DNA of 64,000 nt from Candidatus Magasanikbacteria bacterium RIFCSPLOWO2_12_FULL_43_12 (GTDB lineage: Bacteria > Patescibacteriota > Patescibacteriia > Magasanikbacterales > UBA922), in NCBI GenBank assembly GCA_001783065.1, contig MFQN01000019.1:309-64308 (forward strand), read 5' to 3'. The notes under the pieces are model-generated. The model made no database searches. It worked only from the letters and a program-made list of their open reading frames with translations, and had not been told where the DNA came from. Both the position numbers and the translations under genes were made by a program. Of the stretch, positions 63,434 through 64,000 are shown one piece after another (position 1 is the stretch's first letter; the number at the start of each line of letters is the position of its first letter).

Positions 63434-64000
63434 CTTAGATGATACCCTGTATAACGAAAAAGAATACGTATTGAGCGGCTTCAAAGCGGTAGCGAATTTT
63501 TTGTCTAAAACTACCAATATAGCGCCCCAAGAGATCTATGCCGCGCTGGTTGAATCTTTTGTTTTGCACGGACGAGGAAAAAATTTTGAATACTTTTTTG
63601 AGAAATATAATCTGCCCAAAGTTGATTGCGATCTGCTGGTAAAAATATACCGCGAACATACTCCAGACATAAAGTTGTTCGTCGAATCCGAATTAGTTTT
63701 GGAGCATTTGAAGAAAAAATTTACTTTAGCCATTCTTACCAATGGCTGGGAGGATGCGCAGAGGAACAAGGTCTTCGCTTTAAAACTTGGACATTATTTT
63801 GATTCAATCTTTTTTGCTCAAGAAAAAGGTTTGGAGTTTCGCAAGCCCGATCCACGGTGTTTTTTGAATATTTTGCGCCATTATAAATTTAAGCCGGAGG
63901 AAGTTTTGATGGTTGGTGACGATCTATTTTCTGATATTGAAGGCGCGGACAGGCTCGGTTTTGGGGCATTTCATATTAGACACCAGAGTGATTTATTAAA
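63423..64000 (+). CDS. HAD-superfamily hydrolase (subfamily IA-like), 3' end runs off the window
   Basis: The GTG/TTG start overlaps the upstream stop. VVFDLDDTLY is motif I, ILTNG motif II and MVGDDLFSDIEGA motif IV. There is no stop before the window end. Confidence 0.55.
   Translation, partial: MVFDLDDTLYNEKEYVLSGFKAVANFLSKTTNIAPQEIYAALVESFVLHGRGKNFEYFFEKYNLPKVDCDLLVKIYREHTPDIKLFVESELVLEHLKKKFTLAILTNGWEDAQRNKVFALKLGHYFDSIFFAQEKGLEFRKPDPRCFLNILRHYKFKPEEVLMVGDDLFSDIEGADRLGFGAFHIRHQSDLL

Noticed and set aside
63435-63769. Two minus-strand ORFs (63435-63659, 63536-63769) at the right edge
   Set aside because: The + strand frame over the same region encodes a HAD hydrolase with intact DxDxT, TNG and GDD motifs. 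The minus ORFs are antisense artefacts.
1-64000. Search for mobile elements (transposase, integrase, IS inverted repeats) that could explain the island or the GC-rich cassette
   Set aside because: No ORF shows DDE/tyrosine-recombinase/serine-recombinase motifs. I could find no terminal inverted or direct repeats flanking 31.1-31.8 kb by eye.
1-64000. CRISPR arrays, rRNA, tRNA
   Set aside because: No regularly spaced short direct repeats were found. Intergenic space is minimal, with the largest gaps ~120-190 bp, and contains promoter or terminator elements only.

Overview
This is a bacterial, low-GC (roughly 38-40% by eye) window that is almost entirely coding. It carries about 59 genes packed in co-directional runs, many with 4-bp ATGA start/stop overlaps, and nearly all are glycan-related. 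Four nucleotide-sugar chemistries are present. The UDP set is WecB-like 2-epimerase and the PseB/PseC/PseH/PseG-like/PseI/PseF pseudaminic acid route, plus a WbuX/HisH/HisF acetamidino triad. The GDP set is Gmd, two Fcl-like reductases and two Gmm-like Nudix hydrolases. The CDP set is RfbF, RfbG, an RfbH/E1-like dehydrase, a TylC3/TcaB9-type C-methyltransferase and a YerE-like ThDP enzyme. The CMP set is the nonulosonate cytidylyltransferase. Other content includes many GT2/GT4 transferases, at least five polytopic PMT_2/ArnT/GT-C-like membrane proteins, a GtrA/GtrB pair, an MsbA/PglK-type ABC exporter, formyltransferase/deacetylase (Arn-like) genes and an FdtA/FdtC-like 3-acetamido-sugar module. 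The most unusual content is (i) six radical-SAM domains in one locus, four of them cobalamin-binding, two of which are fused head-to-tail in a 1223-aa tandem duplicate, and several carrying a C-methyltransferase-type NDP-sugar-binding-like module; (ii) a ~600-bp GC-rich (~65%) cassette at 31.2-31.8 kb that encodes a divergent paralog of the neighbouring Gmm-like Nudix gene, with a consensus sigma70 promoter, a perfect SD and a GC-hairpin terminator; (iii) a NeuB-cupin fusion next to a HAD phosphatase and a ThDP enzyme; (iv) a near-symmetric pair of interleaved divergent promoters at 42.3 kb. I found no rRNA, tRNA, CRISPR array, transposase or integrase. All calls rest on motif and family recognition by eye; no database search was run.
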